DNA of 63,873 nt, the filler included, from Polymyxa betae A26-41 (lineage: Eukaryota > Protista > Endomyxa: Phytomyxea): NCBI GenBank assembly GCA_003693705.1. It is 5 parts of 5 records of this genome, joined end to end, with 100 filler letters (N's around TTAATTAATTAA, not from the genome) between each part and the next. Parts side by side here need not be neighbours in the genome. Positions count along the whole stretch, not along the records: positions 52,527 to 62,176 come from RBZT01000354.1; positions 62,277 to 63,873 come from RBZT01000582.1; 3 more parts are not named here. One strand, 5' to 3'. The notes under the pieces were generated by a model. It was not told the origin of the DNA, ran no database searches, and was given only the letters and a program-made list of their open reading frames with translations. The translations under genes were made by a program, and so were the position numbers. Below, in pieces: positions 61,811 to 63,873 of the stretch. Numbering within the stretch: the stretch's first letter is position 1; each line of letters begins with the position of its first letter.

Positions 61811-62599
61811 AATAGTATAGATTTAACAGTAAACACCGATTCGCGATCGCTCCTCAGAATCGTAGTCGTAATCATGGAATGCAATAAGACCAATGACCTG
61901 CTGATCGAAGATATCCATCTGGTGTGCTCCATGCTGTTCGGAATCGAAACTATGGCTGTCCTGGAACGGAATGAAGATTTCGCGCTTTACAAATTGTTAT
62001 AGGCGCCTAGCAGGTTATATTCCCCAACCCTAATTTACAATGACGACATCGCTGGGCTCGATATCGTGAAATGGGGTAAACTTGTTCACAGCATCTCCGG
62101 ACTGCAGTAAAAAACTGCGAAACAAAAAACTTTGGGTCACGAAATATCTAGAAGGATTCTACAGAAACAGAAAGTGNNNNNNNNNNNNNNNNNNNNNNNN
62201 NNNNNNNNNNNNNNNNNNNNTTAATTAATTAANNNNNNNNNNNNNNNNNNNNNNNNNNNNNNNNNNNNNNNNNNNNCGACCAGAACGTGCTAAACACTTC
62301 TTGATTTAGAATCGCCCAGACGCCATTCACAAGTGTATATCTCAATCGATCGCTTCGAGACTATTAATCTCCAAGGGACCTCCGAATATTTTATGAATAT
62401 TNNGCAATTGGCATAAACCCATGATTAAAAGCGCACTTTTTAAGCTGTAAAATCAGCTGTTGAGTGATTCTTCGACGCCTCCTTCTGGTTCGTCATCTCT
62501 CCATTCCGATTGTTTCGTCGTTTCTCGTTTGACTTTGTTAAACTTTGCTGTTCGCTGACCCGGCGCCACATGATGATCCCTGCATCTCGCCCAGTTCCA

Positions 62600-63167
62600 C
62601 GGGTTTTCACAAGGCTTTTCTCGTAAGCTATGTCATTCTATGCTCAGAACTGGTTTAGGCTGCTTTTGGAGCCTGGTTCAAGTAGAAAATGCGTGAGCTG
62701 CAATTCTTTTTCCAGCCATTCAGATTTCGTCTCCCGGAGAGTGCCGCAATTTCGATGCGCAATTCCGGAATTCACCCTCAGAGGGTGCATTCCGAGGCGC
62801 TACCGCTATTCTTTGCACATATCTGGCCTCATCATGCGTCTATCTGAGCAGCAGCTGGCAGCTCTTCTGTCTCAATATAGTCCACGAATCTCGCCTTCAA
62901 TAAAGCCTCTATTATTTCGTTGCTCCAGCGAAAATCGCCTCTAGGTTTCCTGCCACTTTTTGGCGTCTGTGTTACGACCGACGAATTAGCAGCAGCGAGG
63001 GCGCCGTCAACGTCAGACATTCCAGCAGCTGTAGTCAGGTCTAGAGCTGCCATTAATGGCCAGGTCGGCGCAGCCTTCAGCGCGGCCTTCACTAATTGCA
63101 GCACCGTAATTTCTCGACCCGCTACTTGCAATCCGATTTCTTTTATTCGCGTTATTCTTAGGCGCAA
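62600..63167 (-). pseudogene. Possible Myb/SANT-like DNA-binding gene remnant (transposon-associated?)
   Basis: RKPRGDFRWSNEIIEALLKARF resembles helix 1 of Myb/SANT-like domains; downstream frame disrupted. Confidence 0.35.
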
Positions 63168-63873
63168 TTTTTCTACTTGAACCAGCCTCTTGTTTGTATT
63201 TCTACCATAAACTCTTAACCCCTCTTCCAGTGCATGCCTTGCGTGTTCGTGACAACTCTCCCTGCAATGACGATCAGAAGTCAGCTTATATACTACAAGT
63301 CATGAACATGACATGTACGGCTACTGGGGGCCATGGACCAAGCGACATATGACTCCGGCCAAGTTAGACAAGTACTGGGGGTTCCACCACAACTTGGACG
63401 AGTTCGAGCCCGCCACCGATCATCCTATAGGTCGAGATACAACCCCTGATTCGCCAAATAAGCTGACTTTCAATGATACCGGTATACCGGGAGTGCAATC
63501 TAAATACCTGGTGAAAGTTTCCAAGGAGCGAAATAATGTAATTGGCGGGGAAATCCGAAAGGAGCTTTACAACAACATAATAACGTCATCCGTGGATTGT
63601 TGAAGGCTGCCCAGGTATAAATCACCATCAAATGTGTTATGCCGAATGCAACAACATCAGCTTTTTCCGCACACAATCGATTTATTGCGACAAGATTACT
63701 GCTGCTCACGCTAAACTCATGCTGAAAGGCTTGATTTATCATCTGAAGCATGGCGTAGAGCTCCAGGATCTTCGCGATCGTCCTGATTATCACAATAACT
63801 GGGGCGTATCTTACCTTGTCACGAAACCCCTCTCTTTTGGTTTAGACCCAGATGTCATGACCCTGTCCTGCAG

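Overview
Eukaryotic genomic scaffold with four N-gaps, each carrying a TTAATTAATTAA assembly linker. Genes are compact with many ~45-60 nt GT-AG introns, suggesting a protist or fungus-like parasite; a plasmodiophorid-like organism is a guess, not shown. A core-gene block (16.4-35.4 kb: full-size ABCA transporter, GCN2 kinase, peptide:N-glycanase, tRNA-Tyr, LEA_2 membrane protein) and a WD40 gene at 43-45 kb are flanked by repeat-rich accessory DNA. The accessory DNA holds a duplicated signal-peptide/F-box gene family, BTB genes, a secreted repeat-module gene and many mobile elements. Two items stand out. (1) A ~4.0 kb tyrosine-recombinase (Crypton-like) element whose ends can be read against an empty paralogous site. 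It has terminal inverted repeats, no target duplication and a bZIP-like passenger ORF. (2) An LTR retrotransposon with a Copia/Hemivirus half-tRNA primer site and Copia integrase but a Gypsy-type Gag and protease, with gag and pol separated by one in-frame TAA. The PNGase also has an unusual predicted architecture (UBL, UBR-like Zn finger, catalytic core, AZUL). All calls are by eye from motifs and within-window alignments. Many single-base frameshifts fall in homopolymers and may be sequencing errors, and exon boundaries are approximate.
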